Below, piece after piece: positions 17,653-26,420 of a stretch of DNA of 55,519 nucleotides. Each line of letters starts with the position of its first letter. The first letter of the stretch is position 1. Source of the DNA: a virus (taxonomy: Duplodnaviria > Caudoviricetes); IMG/VR virus record IMGVR_UViG_3300037320_000070, positions 1 through 55,519 of that record, one strand, 5' to 3'. A program made the translations under genes and the position numbers. A model generated the notes under the pieces. That model did not search any database. It was not told where the DNA came from and saw only the letters and a list, made by a program, of their open reading frames with translations.

Positions 17653-18939
17653 TTGGAAACTTCAAGAACAGTAACCAGTATCGTAGACAATGAAGCACTA
17701 GAATATGCTATGTATACGCTACAGAATCGCGCGCTACCGTCTTTAGTTGATGGATTTAAGCCAGTACATCGTTATGTCATGACAATGGCACTCAAGACCG
17801 CTAAGACGGAATTTAACAAAGTCGCGGCAATAGGTGGATCGGTTTCCTCACTAGGCTATAATCACGGTGAAGTTTCGGCGCAAGATGCGTGTAAATTATT
17901 AGCGGCAAATTGGTCTAACAATGTACCATTTTTGCAAGGGAGAGGTAATTTCGGTTCTAGGTTAGTAAATCAATCGGCGGCATCAAGATATGTATATGCC
18001 AAAATTCACGAAAACTTTACTAATCTGTATAAAGACTTTGATATATTACCAGAAAACCCAGATCCAGAGCAAAAAGTCCCATTGTGGTATTTACCAACTA
18101 TACCGACTGTATTGTTAAATGGTATGGAAGGTATCGCCACTGGATTTGCTACCAAAATTTTACCGTACTCACTAAGAGACATTAAACGATGCTGTGCTGA
18201 AATTTTATCTGAAAAAACCTTAACCCCACTTGTGCCAACATTTCCACAATTTAGCGGTGAGGTTACTAGGGACGGTACAGTAGTTACCATGAAAGGAATT
18301 CACAAGTTAACTGGATACTCACTAAAAATCACCGAAGTTCCAATTGGATTTGATAGAGAAAAGTACATCATACTATTGGATAAGCTAGAAGAAGATGGAA
18401 AACTCGTATCGTATCTTGATCAGTGTGATGAAAACGGATTCAATTTTACAATCAAGCTAAAACGAAATCTGAAGTGGACAGATGCAAACGTTGTAAAAAT
18501 GTTTAGATTGGAAAAAACGATAACTGAAAGTCTATCTGTTCTGGATGAAAACGGTAAATTTAAATTGTTTGATTGTCCAGAAGATTTAGTTAATTATTTC
18601 ATCAATTTTAAAATGGTTATATTAGATACTAGAATTAAGTCTAGTATTTTAGCTACCAAGAAATTAATCGATTTTGCGGCTAATAGGGTTAAGTGGATCG
18701 CAGAAAATATCTCAGGAAACATCGAATACGTCAAAGTTACCAAAGCTGAGTTAGAAAAATACATTACAGAAAAATACGGAAAAGATTTTGTATCTAATTT
18801 GATGTCGATGAATATATACCATATGTCTACCGATGAACTAAAAAAGTTAGAAGTTGAATTAGCTAGATTACAGGAATTACTATTGTACTGGAAAAAGCAA
18901 ACACCAAGAATGCAATTTATATCTGACTTAAAAAACTAG
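17653..18939 (+). CDS. 52: DNA topoisomerase II medium subunit (gp52)
   Basis: RALPSLVDGFKPVHR, YNHGE, GNFGSR, AASRY catalytic Tyr, GIATGFAT. Confidence 0.97.
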   Translation: METSRTVTSIVDNEALEYAMYTLQNRALPSLVDGFKPVHRYVMTMALKTAKTEFNKVAAIGGSVSSLGYNHGEVSAQDACKLLAANWSNNVPFLQGRGNFGSRLVNQSAASRYVYAKIHENFTNLYKDFDILPENPDPEQKVPLWYLPTIPTVLLNGMEGIATGFATKILPYSLRDIKRCCAEILSEKTLTPLVPTFPQFSGEVTRDGTVVTMKGIHKLTGYSLKITEVPIGFDREKYIILLDKLEEDGKLVSYLDQCDENGFNFTIKLKRNLKWTDANVVKMFRLEKTITESLSVLDENGKFKLFDCPEDLVNYFINFKMVILDTRIKSSILATKKLIDFAANRVKWIAENISGNIEYVKVTKAELEKYITEKYGKDFVSNLMSMNIYHMSTDELKKLEVELARLQELLLYWKKQTPRMQFISDLKN

Positions 18940-19018
18940 TTGTATCTTAAATAATTATGGGTTACTATATCTGTGTTGTTTGAGTTTTCCTTTTTTTAGA
19001 TTTGAGGTTTATATTATG
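18940..19018 (+). promoter_or_regulatory. Early promoter plus leader cassette
   Basis: TTGTAT-17-TACTAT, CTGTGTTG...TTGAGGTTTATATTATG. Confidence 0.7.
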
Positions 19019-19534
19019 ATTGATGTAGAAGTACAAGCGAAGTATGATGAAGTCAAAGCACTAGCTGAAAAGTTATATGGTATTAATTGCGGTTTACTAA
19101 AATTAAAAACCACATTAGTTGGAACAAGTGCGGGGACTGCTACTATGGCGTTTCCAAATGGATTACCTAAGCTAGAAATAAACTTAAACATAAATGCAAT
19201 TAACGGTACGGATGAACAGCGTGACTTTTTAATAAATAACACTATCGCGCACGAAATGGCGCACATTGTTAACTATCTATTACCTAGTAGCGGCAAAAAT
19301 CATAATCGCGGTTGGCAAAGAGTATGTCGTAATTTAGGTGGTGATGGTAAAACTAGCTACTCTACACAAGTTCTTGGTAACATTAGTTCATCTACTAAGT
19401 ATTCATATATAATTAATGGTAAGCAAGTTATTATGAGTAAAATTAGACATAATAGACTTCAAAGAGGTAGTACAGTTTATTACTATAGTGGTTATAAGAT
19501 AGACCCTTCTATGTGGACTGGTGGTGTTGTATGA
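19016..19534 (+). CDS. SprT-like zinc metalloprotease
   Basis: AG.A, NTIAHEMAH (HExxH), HNRGWQRVC. Confidence 0.85.
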   Translation: MIDVEVQAKYDEVKALAEKLYGINCGLLKLKTTLVGTSAGTATMAFPNGLPKLEINLNINAINGTDEQRDFLINNTIAHEMAHIVNYLLPSSGKNHNRGWQRVCRNLGGDGKTSYSTQVLGNISSSTKYSYIINGKQVIMSKIRHNRLQRGSTVYYYSGYKIDPSMWTGGVV

Positions 19535-19716
19535 ATATTAAAAGTGAATTTATAAAAATATTGGGGTCAGCTATGGCTAGTACAAATAATAAAGGAATAG
19601 ACCCAAACGAGTCTGTTAATAAAAAGTTCGAGTACCAAAAAAGAAAGAAACGTAAAAAAGAAATTAGAGAATACTCTTTAAGGCAAAAACGATTAAATAA
19701 AATTTGGAGAAGATAA
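19531..19716 (+). CDS. Small basic hypothetical protein
   Basis: ATGA overlap with the SprT-like gene. Confidence 0.55.
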   Translation: MNIKSEFIKILGSAMASTNNKGIDPNESVNKKFEYQKRKKRKKEIREYSLRQKRLNKIWRR

Positions 19717-20033
19717 TGTCAAGATTTAGTAAAGTTCCAGAATCATTTCAAAATATAAAAGATGCAATGATTGCAGATGATCCAAGCGCCCTTGGTAGCT
19801 ATGCCCACGGTTGGCATTGTAATATTGCAATGGCTGTATATGATTCATTTGAACACATTGATAAAATATCGAAAAATCGCAAACACGAAATTGGAAATGA
19901 AGCCGCATCGAGATTTATGAAAATATTATTTGACGTAGAAACTACAAACGAGGGTAAGGTTCAACCATCGTCTAAGTATAGGTCTGACGAAGCGGAATTA
20001 TCAGATTCTAAATATGATTGGTCAAAGCTATGA
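19716..20033 (+). CDS. Hypothetical protein
   Basis: TAATG coupling, GGAG RBS. Confidence 0.65.
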   Translation: MSRFSKVPESFQNIKDAMIADDPSALGSYAHGWHCNIAMAVYDSFEHIDKISKNRKHEIGNEAASRFMKILFDVETTNEGKVQPSSKYRSDEAELSDSKYDWSKL

Positions 20034-20284
20034 ACGTACTATTTGACATAGAAACATTTAGAAATATTGGAAATTATGAATTAATGAGTTTATCTCAAAA
20101 AACCCCATCATGTTTTAATGGAAGATTATCGATATTGAAGTATAGGGTTACAGTTGAACAGATAACTGAATCCGATGAAGTAATACGCGCGCGAATTCAA
20201 AAATTGTGGGACGAATGTGACAACCATCATCATCGTTCGGTTTTAATACAAGCCGGTAAAGAATATGGGCTAGAATTAAAATAA
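20030..20284 (+). CDS. Hypothetical protein
   Basis: ATGA overlap. Confidence 0.65.
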   Translation: MNVLFDIETFRNIGNYELMSLSQKTPSCFNGRLSILKYRVTVEQITESDEVIRARIQKLWDECDNHHHRSVLIQAGKEYGLELK

Positions 20285-20287
20285 AGC

Positions 20288-20371
20288 TTGCATTACTTAT
20301 CAACCTACCGTATACTGATTGTGTTGGGTTGATTAAGACCCCTTTTTACCCCCTTTGAGGAATATATTATG
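20288..20371 (+). promoter_or_regulatory. Early promoter plus leader cassette
   Basis: TTGCAT-17-TATACT; near-identical to 226-311. Confidence 0.85.
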
Positions 20372-20950
20372 ACTAACTTAAGACTAACGCGCTACATTCC
20401 AGAAGATGCTACTGAGGTTGCTGTTACGTCAACCGTAGCACGCTGTAGAGCCGTTGTTTACATTTTCGAACAGACTACTAAGGCTGGCACAGTTAACTAC
20501 CTTGCTAAGACTTACATCGGCGCTAAGAAAAAGCAATATTCGTTTTATCGCTATCTGACCCCTGAACAGCGTCAAGAAGCGGTTGATAGATTTATCTCAA
20601 TACAGCAAGCTGAATCGGATCAAGCTGAAGCTAGAAAAGCTGTGGTAAATGACTTTAAGCGTGATGTCGAAGTTGGTGATATTTTACATAGTTCATGGGG
20701 TTATGACCAAACACAAAGTGACTTTTATCAAATAACTGAATTAGTTGGTAAAAAATCTGTCAAATTCCGAGAGATTGCATCAAATAAGACATATGACCAT
20801 TCAATGAGTGGCACTAACACGCCGATAAAAGATGAATTCATCGGCGGCGAATATACCAAGCAGTACGGAATATACGGTGCTAAACTTTCCTCTTTTGAAA
20901 CAGCAAGAAAGTGGGATGGTCGTCCTAAACATTGGTCAAGCTACGCTTAG
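20369..20950 (+). CDS. Hypothetical early protein
   Basis: 193-aa ORF with VGDILHSSWGYDQT..DFYQI, a motif recurrent in phage hypotheticals. Confidence 0.8.
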   Translation: MTNLRLTRYIPEDATEVAVTSTVARCRAVVYIFEQTTKAGTVNYLAKTYIGAKKKQYSFYRYLTPEQRQEAVDRFISIQQAESDQAEARKAVVNDFKRDVEVGDILHSSWGYDQTQSDFYQITELVGKKSVKFREIASNKTYDHSMSGTNTPIKDEFIGGEYTKQYGIYGAKLSSFETARKWDGRPKHWSSYA

Positions 20951-20962
20951 AGCGTAGTTTTT
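20940..20962 (+). terminator. Intrinsic terminator
   Basis: CTACGCT-TAG-AGCGTAG followed by a T run. Confidence 0.65.
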
Positions 20963-21021
20963 CCGTCAACGGTTTTCTGCTCCATTCGTTGTTAATTTAA
21001 GCCCCTTTAAGGCTATAGACG

Positions 21022-21155
21022 GTGGATAGTGGATAGTGGATAGCTAATTTAAGGAAGTAAAATTATGAAATATGATCACCAATAACGGTGATCATATAAA
21101 TTCCATTCACATTTTGATGAATAATAACTAATAACGGTGATCATTCATCAAAATG
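21022..21155. repeat. (GTGGATA)x3 tandem plus nested inverted and direct repeats
   Basis: ATATGATCACC/GGTGATCATAT; CATTTTGATGAAT/ATTCATCAAAATG; AATAACGGTGATCAT twice. Confidence 0.8.
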
Positions 21156-21181
21156 ACTTCCGGTAAAATAGGCATACTATT

Positions 21182-21493
21182 ATGAATACTGAATACTTGA
21201 ATCGTGAAGTTTTAATAAATATATCTTTTGATGGTACGTTAACATCGAGAGCTAAAGGCGAACAGGTTCTTAATAGTGCCGACATATCTGTATATTCAAC
21301 TAATACAAAACGAGAAGCTGATTTAGTTATATTATTAGTTTGTGAAATCCTAAGAGAAAAAAATCCACTACTTTTACCTGAAGATGAATGGAGAGTATTC
21401 CCAAACTTTAATGGTGAAATTGACCAGATGGAACAAATATCTGATAAATTTAATCAATATTACAATGCAATTAATAGAAAACGGTTGCATTAG
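21182..21493 (+). CDS. Hypothetical protein
   Basis: ORF track. Confidence 0.65.
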   Translation: MNTEYLNREVLINISFDGTLTSRAKGEQVLNSADISVYSTNTKREADLVILLVCEILREKNPLLLPEDEWRVFPNFNGEIDQMEQISDKFNQYYNAINRKRLH

Positions 21494-21547
21494 TGGATAT
21501 ATTCTGTTATTGTAAGTACTGAAATTAACTAGTAGAAAAAATATATT

Positions 21548-21889
21548 ATGATTGATTTAAAGCCTATCGAAGATGCAGTAGAAAGTTTTAATGCTGAGTG
21601 GATTAAAGAAAACGGTGACGGTTTATTCGGAATGTGCGGATATGGATACGTAGAGATTAAATTTGGTCGCAAGATTAAATTAAGAAAGCAATTTCAAGAT
21701 GCTGGTTTAATTAAAGAGAGACTATCTTACAGAAAGACCTATGGTTTTAATAGAATTGATGTCGATAATGACCTAAGAATTCAGAATTATAATTATAATA
21801 CTAGTCGCTCCTACGTCATTGTGAATGAACTTAACAAACAGCTGGAACAGTACGGTTTAGAATCTGAGAATCATACTTGGATTGATTAA
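21548..21889 (+). CDS. Hypothetical protein
   Basis: Preceded by TTGCAT-17-TATTGT and a TATATTATG start context. Confidence 0.7.
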   Translation: MIDLKPIEDAVESFNAEWIKENGDGLFGMCGYGYVEIKFGRKIKLRKQFQDAGLIKERLSYRKTYGFNRIDVDNDLRIQNYNYNTSRSYVIVNELNKQLEQYGLESENHTWID

Positions 21890-21897
21890 TAAAAGTC

Positions 21898-21974
21898 TTG
21901 CAATCCTAATCAACATAGGTTAATCTATCTGTGTTGTTTATTTCCCTTTTAAATTATTCGAGGTCTATATTATG
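21898..21974 (+). promoter_or_regulatory. Early promoter plus leader cassette
   Basis: TTGCAA-17-TAATCT, CTGTGTTG...GAGGTCTATATTATG. Confidence 0.7.
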
Positions 21975-22265
21975 AGTTATGCAGAATACAATTCCATCAA
22001 AGAACTTCAAGAAAAATCGCCACTGAGCCACCCTATCTGGTCTGGAATACTTCCAATTCCTTTAGTTGGTGATGCGGTAAAAATATTAATGAATGGACTC
22101 GGTTATGGTATCGTAACCTGTTTATTTATTACAGAGGGTTATTTGGGTATTAAGGTTTCACTTGATAAACCCCCGCAGTGGTTTCTTGACCAAAACCACG
22201 GAAAAAATATAGATTGTCATGTTTTTGGTGTAGAATTTCGATATGTTGAGAGTGTAGGGTCATGA
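21972..22265 (+). CDS. Hypothetical protein
   Basis: Cassette RBS. Confidence 0.7.
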   Translation: MSYAEYNSIKELQEKSPLSHPIWSGILPIPLVGDAVKILMNGLGYGIVTCLFITEGYLGIKVSLDKPPQWFLDQNHGKNIDCHVFGVEFRYVESVGS

Positions 22266-22702
22266 TTACAGATTTAAATTTATTCCCATTAAGATTGGTT
22301 CACGGTGGTACTAACCATGCTGAGTATAGTGGTAATATGTGTACGGAATCGATGTCAATGTTGAAGGATGTTGATTTACAGCAACTTAAACCCATTCAAG
22401 ATCAGTGGATATCAGCAATCGCGAATCCCACCTTTGAACTTATAGATTCTTTGTTATCTACATTAGCTGACAGACATATTAGTATTTGCGGTGGTGTGGA
22501 TGATGATGATAGTGTATATAGCTCTACTGGGCTTAGATCCATATTTAAGTATTTACATAATAATCTTGATAAAACTGATACATTTAAATTTAATATATTT
22601 CCTAGAACCGGTGGTCTTCGAGAAGCTATTATTCGTAGTATCGAATCCGAAGAAGAATCGCTTATTTTAAAAGTATTTATAGGGTATTCAAAAAATGTTT
22701 AA
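22262..22702 (+). CDS. Hypothetical protein
   Basis: ATGA overlap. Confidence 0.65.
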   Translation: MITDLNLFPLRLVHGGTNHAEYSGNMCTESMSMLKDVDLQQLKPIQDQWISAIANPTFELIDSLLSTLADRHISICGGVDDDDSVYSSTGLRSIFKYLHNNLDKTDTFKFNIFPRTGGLREAIIRSIESEEESLILKVFIGYSKNV

Positions 22703-22877
22703 TAAAATTCCAATGCACAGACCGTTTAAAGTTCGAAGACTCACTACAGGACTAATATACACATTTATATGTATTCATGATCCAAATAGTGATAAGTTCG
22801 CATTTAAGGAAATTTATAAACCATTTGAAAAATTAACATCGGCGGCTGAAATGTCAGAGAGTTTTGAATTAGTATAA
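22695..22877 (+). CDS. Hypothetical protein
   Basis: Overlapping start in the operon. Confidence 0.55.
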   Translation: MFNKIPMHRPFKVRRLTTGLIYTFICIHDPNSDKFAFKEIYKPFEKLTSAAEMSESFELV

Positions 22878-22880
22878 ATA
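22873..22880 (+). promoter_or_regulatory. T4-type late promoter
   Basis: TATAAATA 25 nt upstream of ATG 22905, followed by a GAGGA RBS. Confidence 0.75.
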
Positions 22881-22904
22881 GAAAATACTGAGGACTACAC
22901 CACA

Positions 22905-23270
22905 ATGAACAAAAAATTTGATACTTTTTATAAACTGACAATGATGGTATCCATAATTATTATTATAATAATACTTTATCGATGTTGTGGTGGCATTGCT
23001 GACGCTGAGATTATAGATGTCGATACTGCTGAAGAAAGCGTAATACTGATAGAACCGGAAAATTGCACAATAGAAAATGCACCCATATACTCAAAAGACC
23101 CAGATCCTGAAGAGTTGGAATATATGATAGCATTTTCTGATTGCTACAATACTTTAAATTTACCCTATAGTAACTCAGATGTAGTGGTAGTACCAGAACC
23201 AAAAACCATATACCTATTTATTATCATATTAGTCTTTATTATTGGCATGGCAATTAGATTCAAAAAATAA
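22905..23270 (+). CDS. Secreted protein with C-terminal PEP-CTERM (exosortase) sorting signal
   Basis: N-terminal signal peptide ending ADA-EII; C-terminus VPEPKT + hydrophobic helix + RFKK. Confidence 0.8.
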   Translation: MNKKFDTFYKLTMMVSIIIIIIILYRCCGGIADAEIIDVDTAEESVILIEPENCTIENAPIYSKDPDPEELEYMIAFSDCYNTLNLPYSNSDVVVVPEPKTIYLFIIILVFIIGMAIRFKK

Positions 23271-23281
23271 TTAAATAACCC

Positions 23282-23360
23282 TTGCAATAAATTTTATTTT
23301 ACCTTATACTATCTGTGTCGGGTAAGAAAACCTATTTTTGATTTTGAGGAATATATTATG
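23282..23360 (+). promoter_or_regulatory. Early promoter plus leader cassette
   Basis: TTGCAA-17-TATACT, CTGTGTCGGGT...TTGAGGAATATATTATG. Confidence 0.8.
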
Positions 23361-23777
23361 AGTAACCATCTTTACGGTATTGTCGCTAAGAAAATAAACG
23401 CATCAATTAGCGGCATTAAAAGCCCCATCAATCTATCAACCTTCGTTGCATCAACTCTATACACTGACGATTTATGCTCTAGTTACGTTTGTGATTATGA
23501 TAATTCCGAGTGTTCGCCATGGCAGTTGGAAGTAAAAAAGACCATTCAATACATCGGTAGACGTAAAGACTACTTTGAATATCTTTATGAAACTCCACAG
23601 TATTTCGTTGAACAGTTGGGTGAAGTAACTTCTGAGTTAGAAGGTCAAACAGTCTATAAAATTCCTACTGACGTTGTTGGTAAGAAATTCAGTGGTGTCT
23701 ATGACGAATATGACGTTGGCAACTTTGTCGCGGTAGGTAAATTAACTAAACAAGGTCGCGGCTGGATTGTCGCGTAA
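23358..23777 (+). CDS. Hypothetical early protein
   Basis: Cassette RBS. Confidence 0.75.
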   Translation: MSNHLYGIVAKKINASISGIKSPINLSTFVASTLYTDDLCSSYVCDYDNSECSPWQLEVKKTIQYIGRRKDYFEYLYETPQYFVEQLGEVTSELEGQTVYKIPTDVVGKKFSGVYDEYDVGNFVAVGKLTKQGRGWIVA

Positions 23778-23786
23778 GGATTATAT

Positions 23787-24026
23787 ATGTTAGTAGAAAA
23801 AGATAAACGAATTTATATCGACTTAGATTCTGAGGAAGGCAATACATATGTGTTACTTGGTATTGCTAAACAATTTTGCAAGGTACAAGGAATTGATTTT
23901 TCGGAGGTTAATGATAAAATGATATCTAGTAATTATGTCAATTTAGTTAGTGTATTTGAGTCGTATTTTGGGAATTATGTTCAGTTAGCTACCGATAACC
24001 CTCAACTAATTAAGGCATTATCATGA
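23787..24026 (+). CDS. Conserved phage hypothetical protein
   Basis: IDLDSEEGNTYVLLG...M.SSNY..LV.VF..YFG pattern; AAGGA RBS. Confidence 0.7.
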   Translation: MLVEKDKRIYIDLDSEEGNTYVLLGIAKQFCKVQGIDFSEVNDKMISSNYVNLVSVFESYFGNYVQLATDNPQLIKALS

Positions 24027-24208
24027 ATGGTTTACTATTATTGCATATCGGATGCGTTATAATTAATGTTACGGCGGCGGTGAGTAATGTCGTATTTAAT
24101 CAGGTAAGTTACGTTACAGGAATACATATTATTGCAATTGCATTTTCTATCTATTTCTTTATTAGAATTTCGAAAGATAATCAAAAAATTGAGGAAGATA
24201 AATCATGA
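24023..24208 (+). CDS. Small two-TM membrane protein
   Basis: Hydrophobic; ATGA overlaps at both ends. Confidence 0.6.
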   Translation: MNGLLLLHIGCVIINVTAAVSNVVFNQVSYVTGIHIIAIAFSIYFFIRISKDNQKIEEDKS

Positions 24209-24708
24209 ATGGAGCCACACCTAAACCAATTGCCGAAAGATTAATTGAACTTGCCGAAATTGATTCTGGTGATTATGTTTTAGAACCTAGTGCGGGTCAA
24301 GGCGCTATCGTTGAATGTATACCAAGAGTATCTACCTTGCAAATAGTTGAAATTATGCCAGAAAATTGCAAGATATTAGTCGATAAAGGGTATAAGGTAT
24401 TTAACAAAGATTTTTTAACCTTAACTAATGATGATTTTGGTGGTACTTTCAATAAGGTCGTTGCTAACCCACCATTCACGAATAACCAAGACATTGACCA
24501 TATTAAGCATATGCAATCGTTAATGGCTGAGAGTGGCATTCTGGTGTCTATATCGTCTAATTCATGGCGTACAGGAACACAAAAGAAGCAAGCGGCATTT
24601 AGAGAGTGGCTAGATACATTTGATTATAACATTTACGAATTACCCTCCGGCACTTTTAAGGAATCAGGAACAATGGTGGCTACGAATATTCTAGTTATCT
24701 ATACATAG
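24205..24708 (+). CDS. SAM-dependent methyltransferase (N6-adenine DNA MTase-like, compact)
   Basis: VLEPSAGQG motif I, DFL, VANPPF motif IV, FKESGT. Confidence 0.85.
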   Translation: MNGATPKPIAERLIELAEIDSGDYVLEPSAGQGAIVECIPRVSTLQIVEIMPENCKILVDKGYKVFNKDFLTLTNDDFGGTFNKVVANPPFTNNQDIDHIKHMQSLMAESGILVSISSNSWRTGTQKKQAAFREWLDTFDYNIYELPSGTFKESGTMVATNILVIYT

Positions 24709-24811
24709 GCAATCATAATCGGTTGCAATTAGATAAAGCAATCATAATCGGTTGCATTATATGAAATTAAATTAAACATGGGTTGCAATCGCAACCTTTT
24801 TCATGTATTGT
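24709..24811 (+). promoter_or_regulatory. Two 19-nt quasi-palindromic direct repeats plus a palindrome over a promoter
   Basis: GCAATCATAATCGGTTGCA at 24709 and 24738; GGTTGC-AATC-GCAACC at 24781 overlapping TTGCAA-17-TATTGT. Confidence 0.65.
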
Positions 24812-24840
24812 AAATACTAATAAAATATATAGGAGATAAA

Positions 24841-25101
24841 TTGCAAAATCAAAGAATTCACCCAGAGCGTATGCGCCAATTTATAGCCGTTAGATCAATT
24901 ATGTGGAAACATTTAGGTGACTATGTTGAAAATGCGCCAATAGATATTAACAATACTATAACACTAAGCCAGTTAGAGGTTGCCACTAATAGAGCGATAT
25001 CTGAAATAATTAAAGATTATGATTTAATTAGTAACGGTAGCTATGTTACCGGATGCTCATTTAAACACCATAATGGTCAAATTTCGATAGAATTAACCTG
25101 A
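24841..25101 (+). CDS. Hypothetical protein
   Basis: TTG start behind AGGAG. Confidence 0.65.
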   Translation: MQNQRIHPERMRQFIAVRSIMWKHLGDYVENAPIDINNTITLSQLEVATNRAISEIIKDYDLISNGSYVTGCSFKHHNGQISIELT

Positions 25102-25110
25102 GTAAATATT

Positions 25111-25587
25111 ATGACATTATATAATGTAAAAATAAAACGAGTAGAACATGCAATTGTTCAATACGCAATTCAGTATAAGTGTACTCAAGAAATATTGGAA
25201 ATAATCTTTAAAAAACATATAAAGGTAAATCCGTATAAGAAGTATTTTCTAAGACCAAATGTACTTGTTAATGTAGATAATTTTTGGGGTATTTATAATC
25301 CACTGGCTACGAATATATTTTCATCCACTGAATCTATATTTGCAAATGAGATTGATATATTCGCGAAGGAATTCCCGATACATTTTAAAATTTTGAAAAA
25401 TGAGCCAAAATTTATGAATACGATGGTATACTCTAAGTCTCAAATAGATATACTTGATCTATGTGATAAGGCAAACGATACTGTTTTGTTATCTAAGCGA
25501 GATATGGAATTTTTAGTTTTTTGGGAATCGTATTGTCAACCTTATACAAAAAGACATTATCACATGCTAAATATTATAGGACTTTAA
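25111..25587 (+). CDS. Hypothetical protein
   Basis: ORF track. Confidence 0.65.
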   Translation: MTLYNVKIKRVEHAIVQYAIQYKCTQEILEIIFKKHIKVNPYKKYFLRPNVLVNVDNFWGIYNPLATNIFSSTESIFANEIDIFAKEFPIHFKILKNEPKFMNTMVYSKSQIDILDLCDKANDTVLLSKRDMEFLVFWESYCQPYTKRHYHMLNIIGL

Positions 25588-25830
25588 ATGACAAGAATGG
25601 AATTATTATTAGATATATCAGCTACCGCATCAATTCTTTATAAATTTGGATTTGATGAATTAGTAGATAACCAGCGCGCATTTGTTAGAGTGTTAAATCA
25701 ACTTGGGTTTAGAACCATATCAGATAAAAAGATTACACTTATGAATTACCGAATGATGATAAAGAGATTAAACAAATATGACAGAAACCGAGTTGTTGAT
25801 GTTTTAGAAATGGATATAGTGCATATATGA
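25588..25830 (+). CDS. asiA: Anti-sigma70 factor AsiA
   Basis: ASILYKFGFDELVDNQRAFVRVLNQLG parallels T4 AsiA ASILIKFSREDIVENRANFIAFLNEIG; located next to the tail-fibre locus as in T4. Confidence 0.85.
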   Translation: MTRMELLLDISATASILYKFGFDELVDNQRAFVRVLNQLGFRTISDKKITLMNYRMMIKRLNKYDRNRVVDVLEMDIVHI

Positions 25831-26210
25831 AAATTGAACCGAATATGTTAGACAAATTATTAGATGGACACCTGAATTACCTAGTTGCTAAAGGATTAAA
25901 CTATTTTCCTAAGATAAAATACACTGATACTAATATAAGTAATTGTTATGTGGGAACAGAACTTTTCGCTGTAGTGAACAGCACAAATTACGTAACAACA
26001 AATTTAATCCCATATATCGTGATTGACGAAGATATGAAGGTTGATATATCATACACTAAGTATTATGTCATTAGTACCATAACTACGTTGGATAATATAT
26101 CATATATTGGATACGGTGGTTCGATTGCCGATTCAACAGCAAGAGCATTCGTACTAATGAAATTCAACAATCAAGATATAGAAATATTCTATGATGAAGT
26201 ACTACACTAG
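25827..26210 (+). CDS. Hypothetical protein
   Basis: ATGA overlap. Confidence 0.6.
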   Translation: MKIEPNMLDKLLDGHLNYLVAKGLNYFPKIKYTDTNISNCYVGTELFAVVNSTNYVTTNLIPYIVIDEDMKVDISYTKYYVISTITTLDNISYIGYGGSIADSTARAFVLMKFNNQDIEIFYDEVLH

Positions 26211-26219
26211 GAGGGTAAT

Positions 26220-26420
26220 ATGCCACAAATTAATGGACAAGATATAGATAAACGATATATGAAAGATGCCATAGTAAGTGAATACTTGGGGCAAATTACA
26301 TATATTGATAAAAGAATTAAAGAGATTGAAATGGAAAAATCCAGAATAAATGTAGCCAGAATAGTCTATGCAAACTCTTTAATTAGGTACGTTAATGATC
26401 ACCCATTGGATGATCAGTAA
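26220..26420 (+). CDS. Small coiled-coil protein, DUF6447-like
   Basis: QINGQD..., QITYID.RI..., ARIVYANSL pattern; GGAG RBS. Confidence 0.55.
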   Translation: MPQINGQDIDKRYMKDAIVSEYLGQITYIDKRIKEIEMEKSRINVARIVYANSLIRYVNDHPLDDQ

